Source: Camelus ferus (taxonomy: Eukaryota). From it: a stretch of 64,000 bases of DNA. The stretch is taken from contig NC_045707.1 in NCBI RefSeq assembly GCF_009834535.1, forward strand, positions 64,482,001 to 64,546,000, given 5' to 3'. Position 1 is the first letter of the stretch; every line of letters starts with the position of its first letter. Under the pieces are notes generated by a model. The model was not told where the DNA came from. It did not search any database and saw nothing but the letters and a program-made list of their open reading frames with translations. This document shows positions 49,189 through 62,660 of this stretch, in pieces. The position numbers and the translations under genes were made by a program.

Positions 49189-52100
49189 TCATCCTTCTCT
49201 GTTTCCTTAGTTCCTAGTTCTACACCTGTAGTAGGGGTTCTTTAAATATTGATTAAATGGTCCAGCGTTAGCCTTACTCATTTATTTCAGCTCTGAAATG
49301 TCCATTTAGTTCCAGAAAGTGCCAGACAGGGGAAACTTCCCACTTGGCATTTCATTTCTGCATGATTAATTTCTCCAACTGCTTAATGCGACCAACGAGT
49401 CTTTTAGGTTTTGTTTAAGGCCTTCCTGCTCCTGTTTAATGAAGAGTCTTGTAAAATTAAAGAGATGCTATTCTGAACCTGTTATTACAGAACAAGTATG
49501 CATCAAGACACTTGGGCAAGAAACATCATGCAGTTGAATGATTCCTCGTCTGTAAAATAATGGCTTAGAAATCTAGACAGAGGTCTTAGGTACCAAGATT
49601 GAAAGTTTCTCCAGGAGAGGCAAGGTTTCTTCATGTTTGGACATTCTGTAGAGCTGTGTGTGGGTGACTAGCCTTATCTTTGTCTTTACTTTCCGATTAC
49701 ACGTTTTAAAACTTCAACCTTCTTTTTTTAAAAACGATAATCATGAAAGTTTTCTGGAAGAATCTTCCAGCCAACTGCTTGTTCCAGATGATCCTTATAA
49801 TCTTGACTGTGGTAATAATGGCTTGCTTTGCCTCCACTGTTTTGTAGAAGCAGTTTATTTTACTTTTAAACCAGCCTTTAAAGTGTATTATCTCAACTTT
49901 AAAAGTGTTTTATTGTCCACTCCATCCTCATAATTCCTGGAGTGTTAAATACATTGGGGGCAGAATTTAATAGGAAAAAAAACCCCTCCTATTTTAGCCT
50001 AAAGGTGTATAAGGGAAGGGCTTAGGTACTGGAGCAGTTCAGAATAGAGTGAATTTCCTTCCGGTTGAAGGGATAAGAATTAAAGCATGTAATCGATAAA
50101 GCGTTCTGCGTCTATTGGGTGGGGGGGGGGGGTAGAGATCTTATGTATTTTGTTACTTGGGCAGAGATTGAATCCCAGAGCTTGGCTGGTAGATATTTTG
50201 GAAGCGTGTGCACAGACATATTATTAGAGCAATTAGTTCCTCTATTAAATGCGAAATCCTCGAGAACTATGAGGGACGTGCTTAGCAAATATTGTTTTAA
50301 GAAGTGATGACCCAAAGATTTCTGATTTCTGATTTAAATTCCCTTCCACACATGACCTGTAGGGGGCGCGCTGAAACAACGGTGTCCCCTGAAAGCGAGC
50401 ATCGCTCAGCGACCGAAATTCCCCAGTTAGACTGTACATCCTTTCCAGTGATACCAGTGAAGTCAAGGGTGGGGAGGGTGTCTCGTGAAATCTTGAATAT
50501 GGTGTCAATTGAGTCTCCCTGAAATATATTTGTTATCTGTCATCCGGTCCCGAGGTGGGAGGGTATGCTCAAAATCAAATGGCAGTAGAATGTCATGATC
50601 CTAAAAATATTAATAATAAGTAAAACAATTGACACGTGGCTTAAACGTGATTATTTGACCTCACGCATTTTTTCCCCTAAATCATTCTTATTCTTCAAAA
50701 TACTAAACCGTGTAATTCAGTAAACGAAATTGTAGGCTCCCTGGAATAAGGATGCAGTCTTACACCTTTAGTATTTGTATTGTATCAAAGTGCCTGGCGC
50801 ACAGCATTAGACCTTAATAAATGCTGAATCCCCTCCCTCTTTCCACTCGCTGTTGGTGGGCATGGTGAGAGTCTGGAAGTAGGTGGTGATATAGTGGAAC
50901 TAGGGGCTTCTTAAAAAGTCAAAAACACAGCATTTTAGATTTGAGAGGAACTGTCCTTAGAGTAAGGGTTTCCAAATTTAATTTTACATCACACTCTTTT
51001 AGGGAGATTTGTAACATTTCTAAATATTCTAGACAGAAGCATTTCTAGGATAGAAATTTTTTTTTTCTACCTAGACAGAACTTCTAGCTAGAAAATATTC
51101 TGGAGTCAAACTAAAAAATTTAGCCTCGATAGCTCTGGAACAGAGTTGAGGAGACACAGATATAGAACTACACACAATAGACGTACATCAATATAAACAC
51201 ATGCATGTATATTTTAAAATATATATATATTTAAATGCATATATTAAAATGCATGCACATTTAAATACATATATTTAAATGCCTATAGGTATTCAGATAT
51301 ACTTAAATTACTATATATTTACATACTTAAATTACTCACATTTGGGAGCCATAATCTTGGTGGTCCTGGTCCAAGTCCTGAGGATATTCCTGTATCTATG
51401 CAGTTAGTGTCAGAGCCTCAGTCATGAAAGGAGTGGTCACACCCCTCATTGGAAGCAGAGCTCACAGACTGAAACAAGTCATCGATTGCAAACTCGGAAA
51501 GTTTTCCAGTGATTGTCTAAAACCAGTTTTACTTTTGGCCCCACTCTACCCCAGCAGCTCTTACCTGCTCACTTAACACTGGGCTCCTGGAGCTGGATTT
51601 ATTACTAAACTATTCAGATCATGAGATGTGGGCCCTGGAAGATGCCCTGCTTGGTGTTTGACTAATGAAGGCACTGAGATGAGGTTAACTAACTTGTTTA
51701 CAAAGAACTGGAAATCCTATAGATTTCCAGAACCAGATCCCTCAACCACAGAATCGTGGCTGGATGCGTGGCTAGCTATAGGTTATGCCACATTTTGAGC
51801 TAAATCAGTGGTTTTCAATTATGTCGCATAGGGCCTCCGTGGAGAGGTGGGTTGCAGGGGCCTGGGCCCTTCCCAGGCTCCTCAGTGAACCCAGCCCTGC
51901 ATGTACTTGTCTGCCTGTTAGCCTTGCAGGTACAGATTTTCTTTTCTTTCTTAACCAAGAGCCCCCAGTTTTGAAAAGAACTTGAAGACTAGCAATATCA
52001 TTGTTTCCTCGGATAGAGGCAATCAGAGACCTGAAGGTGAATACAGGTCATGTTATGTTCTGGTACTTTATCAGCCTTTGGCACTTTTGTTCAGATCATG

Positions 52101-52554
52101 CTAGTTGTCCTTTTCAGAAGCATTTTTTGGTGACACTCTTTGGGTCTGATTCCTCTGCATGGGTGCAGTGAAGTAGCTGGACTGTGGTCTGCCCATCCAT
52201 CATTCCCCTCAGACATCTTTACAGTTTTCTAGGGCTGCTGATAATGAATATAAATCCAAAAATAATTCCTCAAAAAGCTGTTACTTACCCTCAGATATGT
52301 TTTTTCTTGGCCATTTGGAAAGCTAACCACAGTAAAAAAAAAAAAAAAAGTGTCTAATAACTTCTCCTGGAAGTTCTTTTATAAATTTTTCTTTTTTAAT
52401 TCTTTACAGATTAAGTTTGATATGTTATGTATCATTTATGCTTACAAGTTAATTATTCTGTTTTTTTATCCTTACAACCCATTCTAAAGTTGGTATTCTA
52501 TCTTACCATTATAATTAAAGTCTTCAATCACCTTTTTCCAAAAGTAATTCAACT

Positions 52555-52660
52555 TTTTTTCCCTTAATTGAAGTACCATCCGTTACAATGTGTCAGTTGC
52601 TGGTGCACAGCACAGTGTCCTAGTCATGCATATACATGCATATATTTATTTTCATATCCT
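52555..52660 (-). mobile_element. Short L1 3' end
   Basis: ttaattgaagtaccatccgttacaatgtgtcagttgctggtgcacagcacagtgtcctagtcatgcatatac. Same subfamily as 30442 and 48250. Confidence 0.85.
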
Positions 52661-53069
52661 CAGTTTTTTGATGTTCAGTAAAAACCTCCATCCAAGGGGA
52701 CTTTTGAATCAATAAATGTCTGAGTGTTTTAATCCTCTGAGAGAGGAGAACTCAGGGCTAGGCACTAGAAGTCAGTCGCATCCAGCATGGAGCCCTTAGA
52801 AGTTTATGAGACAATTTCAAGATTCCTTCTCCCACCGTACAGCAGTCTGACAGCCGTCTATGCTCAAATACACAGAATTAATATGTGATATTGCTAACAC
52901 TAGGTGGGAATTTTGATGTGTATATTCTTTCTTCCAAAAGCTGAGCCCAGCTTCCTCCGTCTCCTCCTTACCTTCTTCCCTGTATACATCAGAATCTTGG
53001 GGGGGGGGGAGAAGAAGACAGAAATAAGTAGGAAGGAACTCTATGTTTTAAATGCAAGCAATCCCATGA

Positions 53070-53305
53070 TGATAATAGTAATAACAGTTTGCAGTTTATT
53101 GAGCACTTACGACATTCCAGGCCCTGTTCCAAATGCTTTACCTGTGTAACTCAAATACAGCACAGTCTGGCTCTTTTTATCCCTGTTTCACACAAGTAAC
53201 CATGGCCCCAAGAGGTTTTGTCACTTGCTCAAGGCACCTAGCTGGTCATGGGAGCCATAGAAAGGATAAAGGTGGTCTGGCTCCAGATCCCAAGCTGTCA
53301 ACTGC
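53070..53305 (-). mobile_element. MIR SINE
   Basis: aataacagttt...tttattgagcacttacgacattccaggccctgttccaaatgcttta...cacttgctcaagg. Confidence 0.75.
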
Positions 53306-55094
53306 TGGACGTACATTTCTAAGGCCTTAAATTTCTACCCAAATTTAAAACCTGATTTTTGCCTTACAATGTCTTGTAACAGTACACATATGATAGATAT
53401 TTGTGCATAGAATTGGATTTTTGATGAAATGTTCATGAATTAAATTGACAAAAGTATAAGCAAAAAGATGAAGCAGACATAAAAGAAAGAGAAGAAGGAG
53501 TTGGTGGGGGGAGGGGTCAGTGAGGAAGGAGAGGGGGCATTGTTCCTTCCTGGGCTTCAGCTGGGGTCTTCTGGGCAATGTCTGCAAAGTCATGTTGAAA
53601 ACATCACCTGTCGTCATGATCAGTCTCTGATGTGAGTCCACATTAGAATCAATATTATCTAAGTATGGTTTTCCTATTTAGGCTTAGACAGGCCCTAGAA
53701 AGGAGAGACAAGCTCATTGAGTTTGCCTTCAACCAGAGTTTTGCTAGTCCTGAAGGGTGAATGCATTCATCATAGAACTTGACAAAGAGTCTAGAAATAA
53801 AGACATCATTCCACTCATCTGTCTCAGAGTGAGATGTTGAGCCCTTTGACATGTAAAGTTTCGGGACAGTTGGTAAACGAAACAGTAAACAGATTGTGTT
53901 ACTTTTTTAATTCTTTTTTAAAAAATCAGCTTGTTCTGAATGCTTTTCTCTTCTTTCCCCCCATTTTCTCTGTTCTATTAAAACCATTTGTTTTGCAAGA
54001 ACATGTCAGTGCATATAAAGTCACCCAAGTTGGCTCTTGGTATATTTTTTCCCCCACTATTCAGCTCCCAGATCAGTAACTGGGGAATCTGAATTTGTTC
54101 CACTAAATTTTTAGTGACAGAAGCATAAGACTGTAATACACTGAAAAGTTGTAGATTTCCTGACTAAAATATAGCTGCTTTTCCCAGATTTAGTGGATAA
54201 TTTTACTCCATTGTGCTTTATTTATTCTTAGTAGAACCCGAGGGGATTGTTTTCAGGATAATTGTTCAAAACCGAGCTACAGGTCAACCCAAGGGCATTC
54301 TCCTGGGAACAGTTTGGCTAAAAGATACTAAAAGATCTCTCCTCTTATCAAAAATATTTTTTTCTTGAACATAAAGACAAGTGAGGAAAGGTTTGACATG
54401 AGATAAAAATAACAACAAAAATAAGTCAGTGACTACTTCCTTATGTGATCTTAGCGCACAGTTCGATGGCAAATAAATCGTGTCTCCCAGCCCCGTCTCC
54501 TGCTGCTTTTATACTAGGATGATATATGTGATGCCTTCTGTACCCTGGAAAGGGTGCCCTCTACACCCTGCCTTTCCCAGGGCAGTAGTACTGGCCATGA
54601 GGCAGTGCAAAATATTGGTAAATGTGAGACCTCAATGTTTCTCCAGCCCTTATTAATTTTTCAGTCTTCGATGAACTATGTAAATAAGACATTCTTATTG
54701 CAGAAATGTTGAAAGCACATTTAAGCCAAAACAAAAACATGGAAGTAATTTCATAGTCAGTCCCACCACCAGAGGTGACCACCACTGACATCTTGTGTAT
54801 ATCCCTCTAGACTTAACGAACACACACCGCCGCACGCTCACGCACACACGCCACCCCTAGTGGCCACTGGTAACCACGACAGCAGGTGTAGCAGCAGGAA
54901 CAAGCCGCAGCAGTAGTTCCCACAGTGGCGGGAGCAGTGTCAGCAAGTCAGCAAGAGCGACAGCAAGAGAATCTGTCTCCACAACGATTGCCCAGAGAGC
55001 TGTGGTCACTGTAGCAGCAGGATTGAAAAACCTCTCGGCAACAGCAGTGCAGCAGCCGTCATCATGTCAGGAATGCCAGCAAGGAGTCACGCAG

Positions 55095-55325
55095 CGTTTA
55101 TTCTGTGCCCAGGACTGTTCTAAGTGTTTTACATACATTATCTTAATTAATCCTTGCAACGGTCTAACAAAGTAAGTGTATATCCTGTCGCCCCGTTTTA
55201 CAGATGGGAAAACTGATGTGCGTTCGGGTTAAGTAATTTGCCCAAGACCACACAGTCTGAAGGGGCAGAACCTGAATTTGAAGCCCAGCCAAGTCCGGCT
55301 CCATAATCCACTTTTAATCAGGACA
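55095..55325 (-). mobile_element. MIR SINE
   Basis: ctgttctaagtgttttacatacattatctt...gttttacagatgggaaaactga...ggttaagtaatttgcccaagaccacacag. Confidence 0.85.
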
Positions 55326-55384
55326 CTGGTAGTAATAGCAGAAGTTGCATGAATTCTAAACTACAATATGAGGAGTATTTTACA

Positions 55385-55712
55385 ACTTATATACCTTATA
55401 TAGATATATATTTATATTTATACATAGTGCATATTTATATAACTATACCTTATATATACTTACATATTTATAAATATATTTATATTTCTATTATATAACA
55501 TATATTTTATATATATATTTATATCTTATATATTTATATATAAATATAATTATGTAAATATTTTATGTACATATGTGAGTCCACATATGTACATTACATA
55601 AATATATATAATCATATTTATATACATGTATATAAATATATATATAAATTAATATAAATATATGCTTATTTATTCATATAAGTAAATATAAATATATATA
55701 TATATTTATATA
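55385..55712. repeat. (TA)-rich low-complexity tract
   Basis: Direct inspection. Confidence 0.92.
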
Positions 55713-58700
55713 AGGACTAAATGAATTTGAGAGTGATTCTGAAGTTGAAAAAATAGAATTGAGGAAATGAGCTAACTTCCCCCCGAAAAAATCTCTTACA
55801 ACTGAAATGGTCATTTCTTACAGTTCTCAACTTAAACTGTCTTTCAAAGACAGCGTCTTTGGCAAACATTCTTGCTCCCTATCTCATTAGTCCTCAGCAG
55901 TTTGTCCCTGTCCCTTTGATGCCCTTGTCTAACATTTTGGAGACCCTTGCTGTGGTTTCTTAAAAGTAAAAGGCAAATGAATCATGCTGCTTAATTTGTC
56001 ACATCCTCAGCTTAGAGATGTGCTTCCATATATTTATATATGTGCAGTATTTGTGCATAATTAATAGTTGTTTGTGAATGAATGAATAAAGTAGTGAGAA
56101 ATAAAATGTCAGAATCCACACTGAAGGCAAACAGAACTCTGTTGGACCAAACACATAGGACCATAAGAAGAATGCTATTTACTGCTAATGGCAACACCAG
56201 CCTAGAGGGTAAGAAAAAACTTCAAAACAAACAAAAAAAAAGTGAGTGTTGTTGGTTCTTTGGTTCTATTCTGGTTCTGTTTCACCTTCCACCATTCCAG
56301 ATTTTGAATGTTTAGGTTACAAATAATATTTGTCGTATTTAGTCTGCATGTACACTTGGACTGTCCTTAAAAAAAAAAAAAAAGGCCCCAGGAAGCTATA
56401 ATTCAAAATAGAGTAAAAACTGAAACAAAAATTCACTCCAATGCATTAGTAAAATTTTACCTTTTGCATGATGAGAAATATTGAGTCTTAGGCAAAATAT
56501 ATGACCCCTAACATAATTTCTAGTTCTTGTGTTCTTTTTAATGATTTCAGGTTGCCGGAAATGACAAAATTCGAAGTCAGTATACTTTAACTGTAAAAGG
56601 AGAAAAAAAGCCCTCAAAAGTTATCGTAGGGCTTTTCTGCTCAGAGTTTCAAGCTGAAGTTCTGGTGATATGATTTGATTCAATTTCCAAGTCTCTTATC
56701 TCTATTTTATTCTTGTTACTGCAGTTGCTACTGGTTTTTAACTTGTACACAGGAAACCAGTGCCAATCAATTTTGTTCCCAAGGTGACAGGAAGCCCTGG
56801 TTGGTCACATGTTGATTGTGTGTACTGTTCAGGCTCCACCCATCATATTTTCTTCCCTTTTGGCTGAACTTAAGACAAATTAATCAGTGGTCGACATCTG
56901 GCAGACAGCTTTGGTGTCTTCTCAGTGATTTGTTGACCTGCACAGTTAAAGCCTAAAAATCCAGTGCATAAAATTTGTAGACGCTAAATATAGATGCTGC
57001 CAAGAATCCCTTGTCAGGACTTGCATGGATGGGCAACCTTTTGGCTTCTTCTTTGAAAATGGGAATTTTCTCGAGGAATGAAACATCTGTTGAATAAATA
57101 GTTCACCTTTTTTAGGATGGTGAGTGGCTTACCTCACCCTATTGTAAATTCCAGAGATGAAATGTGTAACAGGGGCCAAGGAAGGGCTCAGAGAATGGTA
57201 AGCTTTTTAACAGGTCTCTGCTGTTTGTCATTAACTTTAGCCACCTGCGTATCTTCTCCAAAGTAAGTCCTATTCCACATAAACATACCTCTTACCACTG
57301 AACACTGAAAGCAAATATTGGGACCCAGAACATAACAAATAACCTAACTCGTAATTAAAAGCTAAGCCTAAAATCAGTCCAGATGACCGTCCCATCCTTT
57401 GAAGCCAAACTTCTTTACAGCCTTCTCTTTCAAACTCATGGCTTCTGACTCTATAAAAAGAAAAATTATAAACTGTCAACTCGCTTTGCAAACTCTTTTA
57501 AGAAATCATTACTTTAAAGACAGTGGCACTAAAATCTATGTCTGATGTTATCAGGTCTAGCAATAGTAAGGATCATGAGAAATGTATTTAAAAATGTGTT
57601 TTTATTTTTATTTTTTTCTGTATGGGAGGATGAAGGAAGGTAACAATGCAGGAAGGTGAAATTAAGATAAACCTAAAAAGGGCAGGTATGTTGGACCGGA
57701 AAGGCTTTTCCTGTTCCTAAAATTCCTTGTGTTCTTACACAGGAAAAGCATTCTTATTCAGCACAGGCATTTGCAAGTCCTCGGCGCAAGACTTAAAAGT
57801 ACCCTGGGTTGTGGTGGTAAGAAGGCAGGAAAGAAGTGGGTGGGAGAGGAAGTGTCCGTGGTGGGTTCAGAACCAGGACCAGTTTCCCAAAGGGTAGAAA
57901 TTCATCCATGTCGCCTTTATTTTGAGAACAAACTCTGCTGGTTTGTTCTTTCTTACTATTTTCCACGCCAAAAATTGGATACATTTAAAGTTGGAGTTGA
58001 CTCGGGTCGCGGAGTCACCAGCATTGGTAAGCATGCTCTTTGAGACTTTGCTGTCCTCGCTAACCCTGCCAATTCCAATGTCATCCAACCATCCTCCCAA
58101 AGACTTCTTTCCTGGATGCGTTAATGGGGATTTTGATCCACTTGTTTTACTTTTCCACAAAAGTATCTTCCATAGAGAGTCTAAGTCTGTGAAATAAAGA
58201 CAAAGGGCCAGAAATGTTTTACAATATTTTGAATCCTAGTCATTTTGCAGGGCCATAATCCTGGTTTTACCAATAACCAAGCAGAATGAAAACCCAAGAT
58301 GCTAAGTAAGGATTTTTAAGCATTTGCCAAGGCCCTATAAGGAACTTGGCCGTGACCCCAAGTAGAATCCTGCAGGAAACCTCAAGAGCATTTGAAAAGC
58401 ATTTCATATTCTCTCCCCCGACCCCTCATATTAGTTCCCCTTTTGATTTGCGTGACAGTCTATTTGGACAGAAGCAACCTGCTGTGCATCTGCTCTGCTT
58501 TCCACGGGCGTTCTCATCAGCAGTGGGAAGGAGTGGGCCCAGGGCGGGTGGTTACCCCCCACTGTTATTCACAATAGCAGTGGGTGCCCCTCCTCTGCAG
58601 CTGGGCCAGGACAGGTGAGTGTCTATTCCTGGGCAGCAGTATGACCGAGCACGAGGTTGACCGACACTGACAGTAATCAAAACAGTTCCCTTGGTTCTTT

Positions 58701-59164
58701 AGCATCATTTCTAACCTACAGAAGCAGAGAGCTTTAGGACATTTGGCAGTAGTAGTGTGTGTCAGTAAGAGCTTCTGCAGGGCATCCAAGCAAGAGAGAA
58801 AACAATGGGTAAATATCTACAAATGCATTTCTTTCAGGGGCATAGGGCAAGTGTGTTTTTCTGAACGATCTTGTTTCTACAACACATGCGTTTTAAGTAA
58901 CTGAAACTCTCTTAGCTTGTTTAGACTAGAAAGCACTATTGTTACGGGGTGGCTCTCTAAACAGGCAATCCCTATCCAGTGAAGAACCCAATCTGAGCTT
59001 TAATCTAGAAAAGTTGTTGGGGCAAAGATAAGAGCATAGGGGGAGTAAGATAATTTATTGAGCATGTGTAAGTATAGGATAACATCTCGTGTTCTAGTGT
59101 TCATACCAATAAGGAAAATGTCCCAGAAACTAGGAAAGACTGGATATGACTCCACCAGTACCTA

Positions 59165-59390
59165 AGATTTGTTGAGCAACTGCCATGTGCCAGGTGCTGT
59201 ACAAGATGCATTTCAACTATGTGATATCATTTCCTCCTTGTAACCACCTCAGGGAGGTAGATTTTATTATCTCGACTTTAACTATGAGGAGACGGAGACA
59301 CAGACAGTTAAGTAAATGTCATAGGTCTCGCCAGCTGCAGAGATGGGATTGAGCCCAGGTCTGTGTACCAGCAAAGTTCGCCCTCTTTCC
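59165..59390 (-). mobile_element. MIR SINE
   Basis: tttgttgagcaactgccatgtgccagg...atgaggagacggagacacagacagttaagtaa...gggattgagcccaggtctg. Confidence 0.8.
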
Positions 59391-59577
59391 TGTCTCCTGC
59401 CTCCCCTGATACCCGAGGCATCCCATAATTCTTCTGTTTTTGCATTTTCTGTATTCACTATTGGACTGTATTCAATTTTGCCAGTGGAGAAATAGAACCA
59501 TTCTAAGATAAAATAATTGTTTCCACCTAACCTTCATAAACGGATCCCTCTTGGAGAAAAGCCGGTGGTGCCACTTT

Positions 59578-59596
59578 CCACCCCTAGGTGGCACCT
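59578..59596 (+). promoter_or_regulatory. Candidate CTCF motif
   Basis: CCCCTAGGTGGCAC at 59581-59594, one mismatch to CCACYAGRKGGCRC. Confidence 0.45.
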
Positions 59597-62374
59597 GTGG
59601 GCCACAAACAGAAGAAAATTCAGGGTCAACAGCAGGTTGGGCTCTTGCTTTTGTTCAAAGGACATTTGAACAGTTCGCTTCTCTGTCCTCAAAAATCCTG
59701 CTTGAGAGATACGTTGGCATTTTAAGATTTAAAGCCAAATCGAGTAAACAAGGAGAGGACCATGGAACGATCCTAAAGCTGACGGGGAGTTGCAGGAGCC
59801 TTCCTTCCCAGAGGTACCTGATCACCTATAGAAGGCAGTCCCTGCAGGGATGTTGTTTGTATTCAAGACAGCAAATGCACTCAACAGGGCTTCTCAGCCG
59901 CGGTGGCCATGACCTTTAGAAGATTCTCGTTTGCTATCAATCAGAAGAGCTTTTATTTCTTCGTTAGCAGATAAAGACTTATTTTATATGGAAGCAATAG
60001 AATTCAGGTGCTTAAGGCCTTTGAAATTTTCGGTTTAAAAAAAAGGATGTGTTGTCCTCTTGTGCCCTCCTACACCCCCACCCCCCCACCCCCAGCAACA
60101 CACACGAAACAATGATGCAGTTGAATCAGGAAGTTTTCTAAGGTTCATTAGGATTTGCGTTTAGAAGGGATTTCTGTGATAAAGCCCACTTTTGCCTTAG
60201 AAACGATCTGCAGGAAAAGATGGGGCGGGGAGCCTGGCGAAGTTTGCATTCACGAACCCCGATTCCGGTAATGCTACGCGGCTTATCGAGGGCGGCCGAG
60301 GAGCGAATTGGCAGCACATGAGAAAGCGTGATTATTAAGAGGGAAAGCTGAAATGGCCCTGCCGTCAGCTGTTTTCCTCCACAGGATACTGGGCGATTCC
60401 TGTCCTAACCAGATACTGATTACTTAAAGCTTAGCCCCAGAGTTCTTGTCACAAACGATTTCCGGAGTGTATTTTGACTTGCTGAGGTCTAAAGAACTTT
60501 CACAGTCTGTTAGGTGTGGACCTGAACTCCAGGAACAGATTGTCTTAAGTGCCTCGTTTTCATCTTATTCACGCTTCTGTGAATGTCCTCATCTGACATG
60601 GAGAGTTTTGGGTGGAAAGTATACACATTGATAATTCAGACAAATGAAGATTGAAAAAAGAAGTCCAAATAACTTAATCTTCAAATTGCTTTTATACAGT
60701 ATTTCAAACAAATGCAAACAGCAGTAAATATTCCAGTCTACGAAATTATACATTATTATGTTTCCCCATTTTCATGGCATTGCTGTGTTTTATAAGTATT
60801 TCACCCCATCTGTGATATTTAAGTTCAAAATCAAAATAAATATAATGTTGAGTATTTTCAGAGTGAATACAATTCCTTCACATGAAATACAAAGAATTAG
60901 TGTAACAACCAGCTTTTCAAAATATTCTACCAAATATTCATCCCAAAAGAGTAAGACACAAAAAGAGTGTTACGTTTGTCTAGAAAGCAGTGGACCAAGA
61001 AGTTTGGTTTTTTAAAATCTTTTTTAGAAGTATAACTACCAGTGTTAAGGCTTACAGTACTTTATTGTATCAAATGCCTAGCAATTCCAAATACTACAAA
61101 TAAGATAATATTCAAATCAAAATAACAGATTTTCTGAAATTCATTTTATCCTGAATCCAGTCGTTTGAGAGACCTTTCAAGTACTGTGGCTGTGTGGGGT
61201 TTTTTTTAAAAAGAAGACTTTATTTTTCATTTCTTAGCATGGATCCCTATTCATACCAATAATCAAGAAGCATTATTAGAGGAAAATCAAGTTTTAATTA
61301 CTAGGTGATAAGTTTTGTATTATTGTTATCAGATTTTATCATTGTTTGCTGCACAATAAAAGCAGATGCTAATTTTTTTTTCTTTTGGAATCAATGAAAA
61401 ATATGATAAATATAAGAAACTATTTATTTCTAGTCAGTCTTGAAAACCTCCAGGTACTTAATTCTTACTTGCCTTCCCACATCTACAAATCTCTGACATA
61501 CATAGAAGAGGTCCACGGATGCATAGAAGACATTGAAATTAGGTCAGTCATGTGTATGTTTATCTTTGTAAATGCATTGACAATTTCAGAAAGAGTGCAG
61601 AAGAACCTGAAAAGTGGTGAGCTTTGAGACGTAGAACCAGAAAATCAGGAGATAGAAGGAACAAAGGAGAAGGGACTCTTTTTCACTTATCTCCTTCTTT
61701 GGCATTTCAAAACTTTAAGTAGATATTAATTTTGTAATTATTAAATTAATGTCTTAAAAAGTAAAACAAGTAATGTGTTGCTTTCTTTAAATTAATAGAT
61801 AGTTATAGCACAAATATGTCTCCTCAACATAAAATCAAGTAGGCGTGGAACATCACCACATTATTTGAATAATAATGTCAGTAGACACAGTCGTTAAGAC
61901 CAAGAAGGTAGCTTTGGGTGTCTACTTAACAATAACCAAGCAGTGACAAAACTACACTTCAGTATGTGTTACAGAGACATCGCTATAGGGTTAGCATCCC
62001 ACGTGTGATTCTTGATATCGCACTGGCTTCTTTTTTATGACATATTTTATTTACAAATATATACAGTATTACAATATGAACATCTATGCTTCTACCATGG
62101 AACGTAATTAATAGACCATTATATTATAAATACAATAGGAACTCTGGTTGCTTTTAACTAATCTAATTCCTCTTCCCCTCCCTCAAAGACAGTCACTATT
62201 CTGCATTTGGTGTCTAATCATTCCCATAGCTATTCTGGCACTTTGACTTATCTGTATTATATCTATAGTGTAGTATATAGCATATATATTATAAGTAATA
62301 TATAAACAATATATAGTCTAATTTTGCATAAACTATATACAAGTGATGCGCCAAAGTATGTATCCTTCTGCCTT

Positions 62375-62628
62375 ACTGGATCTCAGTTACCTAAACATAA
62401 GAGCTAAAACTGTAAAACTCCTGGAAGAAAATAATAGGTGTTAATCTTCATGACCTCGGTTTAGGCAATGGTTTTTCAGTTATGACACCAAAAGCTCAAC
62501 AACCAAAGAAAATATTGGTATCTTGGGCTTCATCAAAATAAAAATGTTTGTGCTTCAGAGGAGAATGTACAAGTCAGGGTTCTCCAGAGAAACATAACCA
62601 ATAGGATGTATGTATACACATACATACA

Positions 62629-62660
<32 letters not shown>

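Noticed and set aside
48953..49192. Cys/Val/Arg-rich ORF
   Set aside because: Translation of the (TG)/(CG) microsatellite.
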